Shown: piece by piece, positions 25,684 through 39,980 of the stretch
Position numbering within the stretch: position 1 is the first letter of the stretch
Layout of the letters: the number at the start of each line of letters is the position of its first letter
NCBI RefSeq assembly: GCF_009914755.1
Contig: NC_060938.1
Source: the human T2T-CHM13v2.0 reference genome, Homo sapiens
DNA length: 64,000 nt
Strand: one strand, 5' to 3'
The notes under the pieces: generated by a model
Told to the model about the DNA's origin: nothing
The model's input: only the letters and a program-made list of their open reading frames with translations
Database searches by the model: none
Program-made: the position numbers and the translations under genes

Positions 25684-27607
25684 AAAAAGTCTCCACACTG
25701 TTTTCCATAGAGGTTGCACTAATTTACATTCCTACAAGCGGTGTATAAGCATTGCCTCTTCACCACATCCACGCCAACATTTGTTATTTTTTTTTTTTTA
25801 CTTTATTAAGACATTCTTTCAGAAGTAAGGTGGTATCTCATTGTGGTTTTGATTTGCATCTCCCTGATGATTAGTGATGTTGAACATTTTTTCATATGTT
25901 TCTTGGCCATTTGTATATCTTCTTTTGAGAAATGTGTACTCACGTTATTTGTCCACTTTTTGATGGAGTTTATTTGTTTTTTTTTTCTTGTTTTGTTTAA
26001 GCTTCTTGTATATTCTGGATATTTCTTTTGTTGGATGCATAATTTGCAAACATTTTTTCCTATTCTGAGGGTTGTCTGTTTACTCTGATGGTTATGTATT
26101 TTGCTCTACAGAAGCTTTTTAGTTTAATTAGTTTACATTTGTTAATTTTTGTTTTTATTGCATTTGCTTTTGGGGTCCTAGTTATGAATTATTTGCCTAG
26201 GTTAATGTCCAGAAGAGTTTTTCCTAGGTTATCTTCTAGAGTTTTTGTGATGTCAGGTCTTAGATTTAAGTCTTTGGTCCATCTCGGGTTGATTTCTGTA
26301 TAAGGTGAGAGATAAGGATCAAGTTTCATACTTCCACATGTGGCTATCCAGTTTTCCCAGCACCATTTGTTAAATAGGGAGTCCTTTCCGCAATTTATAT
26401 TTTCGTATGCTTGGTTGAAGTTCAGGAGGTTGTAAGTAACTGGTTTTATTTCTGAGTTCTCTATTCTGCTTCATCCGTTTGTGTGTCTGTTTTTATACCA
26501 GTACCATCCTGTTTTGGTGTCTATAGCATTGTAGTATAATTTGAAGTCAGGTAATGTGATGCCTCCAGATTTGTTCTTTTTGCTTAGTCTTGCTTTAGCT
26601 ATTTGGATTTGTTTTTAGTTTCATATAAATGTTAGGATGTTTTTTAATTCTATGAAAAAATGATGTTGGCATTATGATAGGAATTGCATTGTATCTGTGG
26701 GTTGCTTTGGGCAAAATGGTCATTTTCATGCTACTGATTCTTCCAATCTGTAACCACAGGATGTGTTTCCATTTGATTGTGTTATCTATTATTTCTTTCA
26801 GCAGTGTTTTGTAGTCTTCCTTATCAAGATCTTTCACCCCCTTGGATAAGTATATTCCTAGGTATTTTTATATATATTTTTTTTAGTTGGCATTTAAAAA
26901 AAATACTGATTCAATCTCACTGCTCCTTATTGGTTTGTTCAGTGTTTCTATTTCTTCCTGATATAATCTGAGAGGACTGTATGTTTCCAAGCACTTACTC
27001 ATTTCCTCTAGATTTTCTAGTTTGTGTGCATAGATGAGTTCATAGCAGTCTCGAATAATCTTGTATTTCTGTGGTGTCAGTTGTAATGTCTTCAGTTTCA
27101 TTTCTAATTAAGCTTATTTGAATATTCTCTCTCCTTTTCTAGGTTAATTTAGTTAATGGTCTGTCAATTTTGTTTATCTTTTCAAAAAGCAGCTTTTTGT
27201 TTTATTGATCTTTTGTATCTCCTTTGTTTCAATTTCATTTAGTTCTGCTGTGATATTTGTTAATTCTTTTCTTCTGCTAGTTTGGGGTTTGATTTGTTCT
27301 TGTTTCTCTAGTTCCTTGAGGTGTGACATTAGGTTGTAAATTTGTGATCTTTCAGACTTTTTGTTGTAGGCATTTAGTGCCACAAACTTTCCTCTTACCG
27401 CTACTTTTGTTGTTTCCCAGAGGTTTTGATAACTTGTGTCACTATTATCATTCATTTCAAAGAATTTTTTAATTTCCATTTTGATGTCATTGTTAAACCA
27501 AATATCAATCAAGAGCAGATTGTTTAATTTACGTGTATGTTTATAGTTTTGATGGTTTATTAGTTGATTTCTAGTTTTAGTCCCCTGCGGTCTGAGAATA
27601 CACTTGA

Positions 27608-27896
<289 letters not shown>

Positions 27897-30487
27897 TGCT
27901 ACATCATTTAAAAAAAAAATTATTGAAACTTGTTTTGTGGCCTATTATATGGTCTGTCTTGGAGAATGTTCCATGTGCTGATGAGAAGGATGTGTATTCT
28001 GCAGTTCTTGGGTAGAAAGTTCTGTAAATATCTGTTATGTCAATTTGTTGTAGAATGTAGTTTAAGTTCATTGTTTCTTTGTTGGCAATTCTTCCTGGAT
28101 TGATGATCTGTTAGGTCCTGTCAATGGAGTGTTTAAGTCCCCCACTATTATTGTGTTGCTGTATTTCTCATTTTTAACCTAGTAGTAAATTTTTTATAAA
28201 TGTGGGAGCTCCAATGTTAGGTATATAATACATTTAGGTATGGAATATCTTCCTGTTGGGTTGATCCTTTTATTATTACATAATGACCTTACTGTTGTTG
28301 CAGTAACGTCTGTTTTATCTGATATGAGAATAGCTACTCTGGCTCTTTTTTGGTTTCCATTTATGTAGAAAATTTTTTTCCACCCTTTTACCTTGAGTTC
28401 GTATGAATTATTACTTGTTAGGTGAATCTCTTGAAGGCAGTGGATATTTGGTTTGTGATTTTTTATTTATTCTTCCAATCTGTATCTTTTAAGTGGGGGC
28501 ATTTAGGTCACTTACATCCAATGTTAATATTGAATTTTGACACACTATTCCAGCCATTATATTAATTGTTACCTAGATATTTCGTTTTCTTCATTGTATT
28601 ATTGTTTTATAGGTCCTATGAGTTATATGATTTCAAGAGGTTCTATTCCGGTGCATAACAACCTTTTGTTTCAGGATTTGGAACTGTTTTTAGTATTTCT
28701 CATAGAGCATCTGGTAGTGACAAATTCCCTCAGCATTTGTTTTTGTGAAAATGATTTTATTTCTCCTTCATTTATTAAAGTTAGTTTTTCAGGTCTTTCC
28801 CCCCCAGTAGTTCACTAGCAACAGCTAGCTAAATTCCAGGCAGTGAACACTCAGAACTCAAAACTGCCCCAGGCCATAAGCCTTTGCTGCAGAGACAGGA
28901 ACCGTGGCTTTCAGGCCATGTCCCTCTCAGTCAACCTGCAAACCCTGGGCAACCAGCTCCTGCATCCCTGGCTGCAGCACTCTTCCTACACACCCCGTAG
29001 TTTTGGCCAAGGGTGTTCATCCCCACTGGAGATTATATTACAAATTTCAGTTCGGACCTTCTCTCCACCTGTGACTGCTGCCTAAGTTAGTTGGCAGACT
29101 TCTGCTAGGTCTCCTGTGATGTAGAATCAGGAATGGCTTCCTTCTGTCTGGCACTACAGACTGGGAATGTGCACTGTTGCTTCTACTTTATATTCCCCAC
29201 CACTCTCTATATCACTTCCAGTGCTGGGAAAGCTTAAGGCCTTTCCCTGTAGGCTGGATTGCCAGGTTCCTGGTGGGGGTGTATATCCTGGAGGCAGTCT
29301 CTCACACTCTGGGGACTTCAAGTTTTTTTCCTGGTGTACAGTGTAGGCTGCAGCCTGCTGCTTCTTTCAAAGGGTCTGTCATTTCTTTCTATTTTCCAGT
29401 TAAGTTCCTGCATTACTTCTTCAAAAAAAGTTCATGGTGTGAACCTTTATATACTATTTTGTCTTTCCAAGTGGGAGAAGCATGCTAACACTCCCTCCAG
29501 TCTGCCATCATGAAGAAAAAAAAAAAACAAAAAACCTAGACTTGATTCTTTTGATTCTTAATGTATAAAAAAAACTATGTAGTATGTTTAATTGTTGTAA
29601 AATAGATGAAGGTAATTACGTGTAGATTATTATGGAGAAACCAAGTGTAAACCATTCTAAGATTTTTAATTAGCTTAAAAGAGTTACCTAATTTTTAAAA
29701 ATCTGTTCTTTAATAGACAGGCCAAATTTAGATGGCAAATATTTAATATTACTTTGACTTAATAGTCTATAAATTATTTGGACATTTTAAAATGACCATT
29801 TGAGTATAAGTGCATAATAAATGCTTGAATCATTGTGTGTGTACATGTGTATACACATAAATGTAGATATAATTGGTATTTTCTTATCTGTGTAAGAATT
29901 AATACATATGAGGATTGAAAATATCTCAACTCAGTATTGGCAAGTACCATTTCAAAAAAACAGAAAAAAGATAATGAGAAATTAAAAAATGAGAGTTGTA
30001 AAAAGTTAGTGATTTGATGCAAGTATTAGATATATTCAGAAATGTCTTAAAATATTGAAAATGAGATTCACTGACAGGAAACAGGACATTAGAATATTCC
30101 ATTATTAATTTGCTGTTTTTAAGCTTGTTTAAGCAGCTATCAGGCAGTACATCATGTTGTGTTTTACAATTTCAGCTATTAAACATAATCAAAAACAAAA
30201 AAGGATACCAAGTAACAGATTCTCTGTCCTTAAAAATGCCATTTTGTCGATTATGTATAATTTGCCTCCAAGCTGAAGTGTGTGTGAGATAGCTGTCAAA
30301 TTTTTCTTTTCTTAAATGTTGAAACATAATTTGGCAATTTTATTACAAAAGAGAGAGCAGTGTTGAGACATAGAAGAGAATTATAGTTATTCTTTAGTGT
30401 GGGAATTTAGAAAAATTTCTAAAGGAAGAGAGGACTAGAGCAAACGTTAATGTCACTATTCCACACAAATATTTAAATGAGAAAAGT

Positions 30488-30646
30488 AGCAGAGTGTGGT
30501 GGATAAAACTGTGGAGCCAGACTGGTGTTAAAATTTTAGCTTTACAAGTTTCTGATTGGGGAATGGGCAAGTAACCTCTCTGTGTATTAGTTTCTGGTCA
30601 GAAAATGGGGATTAATTTAGATTAATTGAAATAAACCTTGTACAAA
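30488..30646 (+). mobile_element. MIR fragment
   Basis: TGGAGCCAGACTGG...TGGGCAAGTAACCTCTCTGTG...AAAATGGGGAT. Confidence 0.72.
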
Positions 30647-31619
30647 TAAATTATGTTTTCAGTCTTTCAGACTTTAACTCATTGTGATTCTAAAATAAAT
30701 AGAAATAATTTTAGGTACCTATCAAACTATCATAATCTATATCCTAAATGGATTGGTTATAAAAATGTTATCTAGGCCCTATGCCTGTAGACTTCCAATA
30801 AACATTGGGACCTAAACCATAATGCCACAAATGTCAATCATGTCATGTTTTGAGCAAGGTGTATGAGATGACTTATATCGGTAGAGCTTGAGGAAGTTGC
30901 AACCTTACAACCTTATCCCTTCATTTTAAAGTTTGTTGTTGTTGTTGTTTTTTAATGATGACAACATAAGCAGTGACTAGCATTTGGCACATCATGATCA
31001 CAAAATCCTCCATTTCTTTGTCAGCCAAGGGTTTCATTGTCTATTGATGATCATTGACTTTAACAGTTAAATAGTTTGTAAAACAGCACTGTCATCAAAT
31101 CAATAGAAGAAAATATCATTGAATGTGAAGATATATCAGCTTTAAACTGCATGTTTCTAATAACACAGTCAGAAAACATACATCGTGATAAATGCAAGGA
31201 GAAAATGAAAATATGAAACTTGTTTGGAGATTTTTACATACTTTCTCTGCAACTCATAGAGCTGGAAACAAACAAAAAACAGCTTTGTAAGATCTGGAGA
31301 GCAAAAATCCGAGCTTGACCATGGACATTAATGAAACATTTGAATGAATAACTTAAGAACACTTATTCTTTTCCAGCACATGTGGAATATTTACATGTAT
31401 TGACCATAGTTTTGGTTATCAAAATGCTCTTAAGAAATTCAAAGAATTGACATCATATGGTCACATTCTTTGACCAAAATGCAATTGTTCAATATTAATA
31501 ACAGAAGTGTAAATTATGTGAATCACATACATTTAAAACTTTAAAAAATGTACTTCTCTAAACTCATTGGCCTGGCAAAAAAAAATATGGTTAAACAACA
31601 AAAAAAGTTAGTTTTAACT

Positions 31620-32100
31620 ATAATTCAGAAAACTTCACTTCTCTTCCTCTGCTTCTTATGGTGGGTAGAGTTTTTTTCACTTGTATTCTTTCCACTCAGC
31701 CTTAGGACTTGCTTTGGCCAGTGGGAGGTTTCATGCATGGAAGTGGGAAATGGAAAAGCATTGTGCAGTTGGGGTTGCCTCTTAAACTTCATGCCATCGT
31801 CATGAGAAGAGATTCCCCTCGCCAGTACCCCTGTCTTATTCAAGGCCCCAGGATAAATATATGTGGAGTAGACCTGAGTTCAAACCACAATGAAGATCCA
31901 TGCCATGCTTGGCCCATGGATTTTAACACAGCCACCCAGCTCAGCTGAATCTAGGTTACCTGAACCAGCTCAGCTGCAATTACCAAGCTTCCTCAGAGGT
32001 CCCAGAGATACACGACAATTTAATATTTATTGTTTTATGCCACTGACATGTTTTGCTTTTTTGATATTCAGTATTATTTTAGCAATAGATAAGCAATATA
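31620..32100 (+). mobile_element. MLT1 (G/H/I-like) MaLR LTR
   Basis: GACTTGCTTTGGCCAGTGGGA...GCCATCGTCATGAGAAGA...GTGGAGTAGACCTGA...TTATTGTTTTATGCCACTGA...AGCAATAGATAA. Confidence 0.78.
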
Positions 32101-32324
32101 TAACTAATACACATTTGAAAAAAAGTAATTCATCTGAGAATCTGGAAGAGCAATATTAAGTAGCGATTTTAGTAATAAATAATTGAACTAGAAAGGAAAA
32201 AAATGTTTTAAATAGTTAACAATCCAACATAAAAATAATTAGAAAAACAGAATAAAACCAAAGAAAGTAGGGCATGATTAGAAAATGTAGTACAGAAATT
32301 AAAAAATCAGAAAACAAATAGAAT

Positions 32325-32794
32325 TGTGATGGTTAATTTTATGTGTCACCTTGACTGGTTTATGATATACCCAGACATTTCGTCAAACATTGTTCTGGAT
32401 ATGTCTGTGAGGTGTTTCTGGATGAAATTAACATTTGAATTGGTAGACTGTGTAAAGTAGATTGTCCTCTCTAATTTGAGTGAGTATAATCAGTTGAAGG
32501 TCTGAATAGAGCAAAAAGCTGTTCCTCCTGTGAGTAGAAGGGAATTCCACCTGTTGACTGTCTTTGAGCTGAGACATTGTTTTTCTTTTTTTGTTTGTGT
32601 TGCTGGCCTTTGGACTGGAACTATACTATCTGCTTTTTTTGTGTCTCCCATTTGCCAACTGCAAATCTTAGGACTTAGAAGACTTTATAATTGCATGAGC
32701 CAATTCCTTACAATAAATCTATATTTATGTCTATATATTTACATATATGTATGTACATCCTATTGATTCTGTTTCTCTGGAGAACTCTAATAAA
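32325..32794 (+). mobile_element. MLT2 (C/D-like) ERVL solo LTR
   Basis: TGTGATGGTTAATTTTATGTGTCACCTTGACTGG start; TCTGTTTCTCTGGAGAAC end; 5-bp TSD AGAAT at 32320-32324 and 32795-32799. Confidence 0.92.
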
Positions 32795-35700
32795 AGAATA
32801 TAACCAAAAAATTTCCTGTATAAAAATGTATAAAATAACAATAAAAAAATACATCTGGCTGAAGTAATAAATAAAAAAGCTACACATAAATAATTATAAA
32901 AATAATACATATAGGTTATATCAATATATTAATATATTAGATTACATCAGTGTATCCAGAGACACTAAAAATATAAAATAAGAATTTTAGAATAATCTTT
33001 TGTAAATCATTTTAATACAATTGGCTAATAATTTGCAATTTCCTAGAAAAGTGTAAATGACAAAATTGTATAACAGAAAACTAAATGGTACTATTATTAT
33101 AATTTACATGAGTAATTAAGTGTCTTCCAACAACAACAACAAAACAGCAGCCCACATAGATAGGGAGATTAATTTTACTAGATACCCTAGAAATAGATTA
33201 TTTCCATTTTATAGTATTTCGTTAAGATATGAGACAAAGAATACTTACCACTCAAATTATTTTATGAGTTTGGTATAAATTAAATATCAAAACCAGATAA
33301 GGACAAAATTAAAAACAAAAATGTGTTTCAAATTTTAACTCAGATGACAAAATGCTAATGAAATATTTATCACCTCATTCCACGAGTGAAGTTGATAAAC
33401 CATTACCACATTTAGTTTATTTCAGGAATTTGAGATCATTTCAACGTTAGTTATCCTATTAACTGATATATCATATTAACTGATTGAAAGATAAATACAA
33501 ATTATTATTTCATTGGGTACAAAAAATATTTTAGGAAATTCAAAAACTTTTCACGGAATAAAAACACAATTAAGGATTGAATAAAACTTGCTTACTTTGA
33601 AAAAATATTAGCAAGCACAAAACCTAGAGGGTTCAATGAAAAAAAACATTAAAAGCATACTCATAATCAGTAATAAAATAAGGTTACTCAAAATTACTCT
33701 TTAAAATTTTTGAAGCCTCTGTCTACTGAAATAAAATAGAAAAGTACACAACTTTTTAAGTGTAGAGAGATACAACAATTGGACAGGGAAATGTGTTTTG
33801 ATAGAAACAGCCTTACACACACATATCAATACACACCAAAAACAAAGAAACAACACAAAATATCTATTACTTGACTTACTATTAGAATTATCAAAAGAGA
33901 TAGGCAAGGTGTTAGAATTTAAAAATCAGTATATAAAAGTTGGTTAATTTTTAACAAACAGTAGAAAATGTAACTTAAAGGAAATAAACTTAAATAACAA
34001 GGGAAGAAAATTAAGGTTTCTAAAAATATATCATAGAAAATATACAAGAGATATATGTCTGGAGAAAACTATGAAAATCAATTGACAAGTATAAAGGAAG
34101 ACAAATAAGGAATATCACATTTTATGATAGAAAAAAACCCAATGTTTTAAAAAACATTGAACTGTAAATTCCACACATTTTTGTTAAAATTCCTACCCTT
34201 TCTTTTGTTTTTCATGGAATTTGACAAAAACTTTCCAAGAGATATTTCAAATAGCAAAAAGCAAGAAATATCTAAGTCATTAGTTTCAGGGAGTATCCTC
34301 TTCCATTTGAGAGACAGATTTATTATAAATATAGTTTAAGAGAAAACAGCTAATGTTTTAATACATTTCTCCAGAGTTTAAAACGATTAATAAAAATATT
34401 TCTCTTTTTAATATGATTTTATACCAAAGTAAAATATTAATTAGTTAATATTTTAAAACTCAATTTTTAAGATTTTGTTTACATTATTTGGAGTTTTAAA
34501 CAAATTGTCTCATAATTCAAATTACATTAAGTTTCACAGGCATAACATAATGATGAAAGGTATTGGCACAAACACTCATGGTGAAAACAACCTAAGTGAC
34601 TGAAACTTAAAAAATTACAAGTCTGAAATATCAAAAATTGTTACTTTGAAGTCAGTAAGTAACATATAAAAGTTTGAAAATTTGCATTACACATATTTGA
34701 ATATTTACATTGTTCTGTGTAAACCTAAAATCTTTTTTATATATTTCAGAGTCTAAGACTAAAAGGAATGTTAATGTCCTTAAGAAATTACTAGTAAGCT
34801 GACCACAGTTTATGGAATTCAGCAGTGTTATAGGATTACTATATTTAGATCAAAATGAACTAGTATTTTTTATTGTTTCCTCCTCTAATTACATTTAGTT
34901 TGTATGAAAATTGAATTAAAATTGTTTACTTTGAAAGCATGTGTTCTCAAGTTTACTGTAAGTAGAAGATAGCAAAATGAAACCTTATTTTTTATTTTGA
35001 AAAGTAAATCGCACCAAGAAATAAAATTACTGGCACTAATTTAGAAGTTAGAGATCAAGGGAGGTCTTCTCAATAGGATGTGACACACTACCTACTTAAC
35101 TTAAAATCAAATCCCTGCTATTAATCGTGTGATATACAATTATGAAAGCACCATAGAAATTTCCCAGTGTCTTTGAGACACCTTTACTTCATGCATAAAA
35201 TGGGGTAAAAATAATATTACCATTATTGAACCTCACTAATTACTTTTTGGATTAATCTTCTATGAAAATTAATCTGAGCATTGAACATAAATGCCCATTT
35301 CTGATGCTAAGGAGCTCTACAGAGTAATCACTATTCACATGTGTTTATGCAACTTTCTTTCATCACGATAGTTTTTTATCACATCACAACTAAGATGTTT
35401 AACTCTTTTAAAGTCAATTAAGCCCATTGTTTGTGAGTGAACTGAGACCTTAAAATTGAAGTTTTTTTTCAATGCCAACACTCTAAGCATTAGACTTTGC
35501 ATCGATAATATATATAAAATATATTTAATAAATTTGAATTTCTATAAACTCATACCTAAGCTCATTGTGTGTGGGTCTGTGTGCATCATATTTTATTCCT
35601 CAATCAGTGTCACTTATTAGAAGTCATTGTAAATGCACAGCATTACAATAAAATGGGCTCATCATCAAAGACAATTTTGTCTTCAGCTGTGTGTACAAAT

Positions 35701-36068
35701 AAGTTTTGGTCAGAGCAATTATATAAATTTATGTAGTGAATTTGTTATATTAAGTGATTTAGTCATCGAAACACTCATTTTTATTATCACAATATAAATA
35801 TAATATTAATTACAAATCAAGATAAAGCTATTTGCAATTGAAATGTAATTGAGAGATGAGAAAATTAATGTTGAAATACTTGAGACTAAAACACTTTAAG
35901 TTGTGATTGCATTATTTTAAATTTCATTTTGATTTAAGAAATTTAAAGAAGCAAAAAGATGATCCATAAGATATGTGATTTTGATATTTTGTGATATTTC
36001 TACAATTTTAAATAAACTTTGTCTCTAATCAACTTCCTTTTAAGACACATATCAATGTCTCAATTGGC

Positions 36069-36087
36069 AAAAAAAAAAAAAAAAAAA
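36069..36087. repeat. Poly-A tract
   Basis: Directly visible. Confidence 0.9.
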
Positions 36088-36304
36088 GGATTTATGAGAT
36101 TTGTTGCTACAGCATTCCTTCTTTCATATTGCCTTCATAGAAACCTTGAAAAAAATGTAAGCACTTTCTTGATCACAACTCAACAATTCTTACTATAGGA
36201 TAAAACCAAAGTAATATGGCCTATAAGAAACTTCATAAATTAACATTTTCTTACCTGTTTTACTTGATTAATTTCCCCTCCCCAGGTTCCATTAATTTAT
36301 GTGC

Positions 36305-36380
36305 TCATTTATTCATTCATTCATTATATATTTATTAATGATCTACTCTTTGCTTGAAACTGCTTTGGTGCTATAGATAC
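36305..36380 (-). mobile_element. L2 3' terminus
   Basis: TCATTTATTCATTCATTCATTATATATTTATTAATGATCTACT. Confidence 0.65.
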
Positions 36381-38359
36381 TTGAAGAAATGTATTTATTG
36401 TTATTTTGAAGCACACATCTTATCACCACTATACTCCCTCAATATATCATGCTGTTTCTTACCTTAATGCATTTGTTCAATTTTCCTACTCTTTAGTAGC
36501 ATACTCTTTACCGCCATGTTCTCTTGGCAAACATACTATAAATTATTCAGAACTCCAGCCAGGCATAATTACTGTGAATCTTTCTCTAACAAAAGTCATC
36601 TTTCACAGGCATGCTCTGTTTCTTTAATTTTACATATACATCCAATATGAATGGCTCCATTTGTCATATAAAATGTGCTTAAAAGAGAAAAATAAACCTA
36701 TTATAAGGCTGAGTTTCTACTGCTTATGAACATTTACAGTCCAAACAATGCCTCAAATTTTTAGGACAAAGAAAGAAAATTTCTATTGTTTATCATCCTA
36801 CTGCCTTTGCTGCAGCTATTGCTTCTTACTGGCACACAGTATTGCTATTATATGTGGTCCTCAAACATTTGGCCAACAAATCAGAGCCATACTAGACCTA
36901 AATCTTGCAGATCCAACTGCCAGCACAGATCAATTTTGTGATTTAAAAGATAGAAACACCATTAAAGATTCTTCTTTCTCAGTATTGCACTCAACATAGT
37001 GTGCTCAGACGTGAGTTTTCAGTTCATAGCTCTTAAGGCTCATAATATTGTACATCAAGGCTGCAACACCACGGTACAGTCTCTAAAGTAATTCAAATGT
37101 CTACATGAATTAGAACAACCAAAACCTTTTCCTGGTTCTAGGCCCTGGATTGCACCATGATTTGGGGCAGTTTCCTTTCCAGCCTTCCTTGTAGCTTATT
37201 CTACTCCATCCCTCTATCCCTTAACACACAATCTACAAATTGGGGAAACTTCTATAAATTTATATTATATACAGATTTATAAGAGGTCTGACCTTTTATA
37301 GGTAACTAAGTTGACAGCTTTGCCAGAGCAGAGGGCAATAGAAGGCAAACTTCATGGACATTTAATCTATGATACTCCATTATGCTAAATATATTTTTAA
37401 TTTTACCTAATATTTTTAATAATGTATTTATGCACCTGACTACCCATCTCCTGCATGAAGCTTTCCAAACTGGGACCAATATCATCATCCTATCTCAATT
37501 TTCTGATTTGTGTTATTAGGACTTAACTTTTTTTTCTATTAATATTTTATTTAATTTATGGTTAGTCTATTTTTGTAGTTGCCTTGGGCATATTGTCCTA
37601 TAACTCATGATAGAGGTTTAGGTTTGAAATATACATTTCAGAATCATAGTAATACACATATTAGTTGAATCTACGACTGTATGACATAATACATGGGGAT
37701 GCGTAGTACAAAAAAGAGATGAAATATAGACCCTTGAAAATTTTCAAAATCAGTATAGTAAGCAAAGGAAGAAGATACTATGAAGCAACATAGGCAGAAA
37801 GAGATTAGGAACCAGGAGAAAATGCTGACAGAGTAATCTGGGGAAAATCAAGTTTTAAAATATTTCAGTAGTGGAAAATATTGTAAGTTTTTAAGTTAAA
37901 TGGACAAAGATGCAAAATTTGGTACTTAAGATGGTATTTTAAATATTCAGATGTATATGAGAAGAAGCTTGGAAAACATAGGAAGAAGTTAAAGAATTAT
38001 GAAAAATAGCAAAATGGAATAAGCAAAGAGGAGCACCAAAAATTTTAAAAAATGAAAATAAAATAAAAATACATGTATCTCAAGAAGTGGGCAGAACAAT
38101 AAAACAGTATTCTGAGAATTCCTGTGAAGCCGAGTTCCACATTTATTGGAACCAAAATTCTTACCAATATAGAGCAATGTTTTACACATTTCATTAACCA
38201 TTCCCAGGCTATGCCTGATTTTATCACAGGTAGGAATCTGACACAAGGAATCCAGTTATTTTAGTTCTGCAAAAAGTGTGTGCTTGGCCAGATTCACAAA
38301 ACAGTTCAAACAAGTACAATCATACTTCTAGATTAAGTATTTCTCCCGAACTTTTGTAG

Positions 38360-39198
38360 TAAAATTTAAAAGGATATAGAATTCTTGGTTTTGGCATCTT
38401 TTTGTTGTTTGTTCTTTGGTTTTTTTCAACATTTAAAATATTTCACTCCACTCCCTTCTAGCATAGTTTCAGACAAAAAGTTGCTATAATTCTTATACTT
38501 GTTCTTCTATAAGTAAAGTTTTCTTTTTTATTTCTTTGACTTTTTATTCATATTTTCGCTTTGGTTTTCTGAAGTTTATATATTATATGCATAAGTGTAG
38601 TGTATGGTTTTTTTTTGGTTTTGTTTCTATTTATACTACTTAAAGTTCTCTGAGTTTCTGGGATATGTAGTTTGTCAGTTCTGAACTTTGGATTTTTGCC
38701 ATTATGATATCAAATAACTCGTGTTTAATTCTTCTATTTCCTATTTTCCAATTAATTTTGTTATACAATCAGAAATTGTTCCAGAGCTCTTAGATGTTTT
38801 GCTCCTTTTCTTTGCCTTTTATTTTCTGTGCATTTTAACTTGGGAAGTTTCTACTGAGATATCATCAAGTCCTCTGCCCCATCCCTTGGCTGTGTTTAGT
38901 CTACTCGTGACCCTATCAAAGACTTTGTTTCTATTACATTGTTTTAGAGCCATCATTTTCTTATGATAATTTCTAATGTTTTTATATATCTGGTTACATT
39001 ATTAATTCTCTTTCGGCATGTTATCTACTTTTTTTCTATTACAGCGTTTAACATGCTAAACATAATTGTTTTATATTCTGTAATAATTCTCACATGAGCT
39101 ATATCTGAGTCTGGTCTTGATGTTTGTGTTACCTCTTCAGCCTGTGTTCATGTGTTTTTGTTTTTTTCCTCCTCAACTTTGGCATGTATACACCTCCC

Positions 39199-39249
<51 letters not shown>

Positions 39250-39980
39250 ATATGCCAGATATCCTGTAGTGGGTAATAGCAAATTGGTTAGATAGGTATT
39301 TAGTTTGAGATTAAATGTTAATCTGGCTAGGTATTATACTGTGTTCAATGTTTGTTGTAGTCATTAGTGCTAGACACTTCACATTTCATTAGTGTTTTTG
39401 CTTTTTGTCATTCTTATTTTGAGCTTCTCTAACTACTCTTCATAAGGAGTCCATTGTGGAGCACTTTCAGCTATAATCTATTGTTCTTATATTAAAGCAC
39501 AGGTGTTAGGATAAGGTTTTAGAGAGGAGAAACTTTCTGAAATATTGTGATTAAAACTCCTTTTTGTTATTCCAGCATCTCTTCGGTGTGATTTTCTTTC
39601 TATTTTTTTTTTGAAGTAGACTCTTGGATGTGACTTTTGAAAGTGTTTTTCCTGTAGCATTGTTTTTATTTCCCCTTGTAAGACTAAGAAGGCTAGCAAG
39701 AGCTGTAGTGGAAAGAATACCCTTCTCTCAGAGGGGATGAGGTTCTGATAATGCCTTTTGTCCTAAAGAGTAGACCTTTTTTAGGCAACATACTTGGATT
39801 ATTTTAAAATGATTACTCTTCCCTCCCTTGCCAGAGTTTCAAAAGTATTTTTCTCAGATCTTCCTTGTGAGAAATGGTGAGGGTCCTACTGGTTAAAACT
39901 CATGAAATGTGGAAACTCCTTTCCCAAGACTGAGGTCCCCAGCAGTTTCTCACTGTCATGGTCATCCATACTCAGGCTCC
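38360..39980 (-). mobile_element. Old L1 (L1MC/L1MD) ORF1 and 5' UTR remnant
   Basis: GGATATAGAATTCTTGG...ATATTTCACTCCACTC; TATCTGAGTCTGGTCTTGATG; GGTCCCCAGCAGTTTCTCACTGTCATG. Confidence 0.75.
39201..39246. repeat. (CA)23 microsatellite
   Basis: Perfect dinucleotide run. Confidence 0.98.

Larger units (their letters stand above)
31060..34330 (+). mobile_element. Ancient L1M ORF2 fragments (EN through post-RT) interrupted by two LTRs
   Basis: TTCTTTTCCAGCACATGTGGAATATTTAC...TTGACCATA; TTCTTTGACCAAAATGCAAT; ATATCAAAACCAGATAAGGAC; AAAATCAGTATATAAAAGT. Confidence 0.65.
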
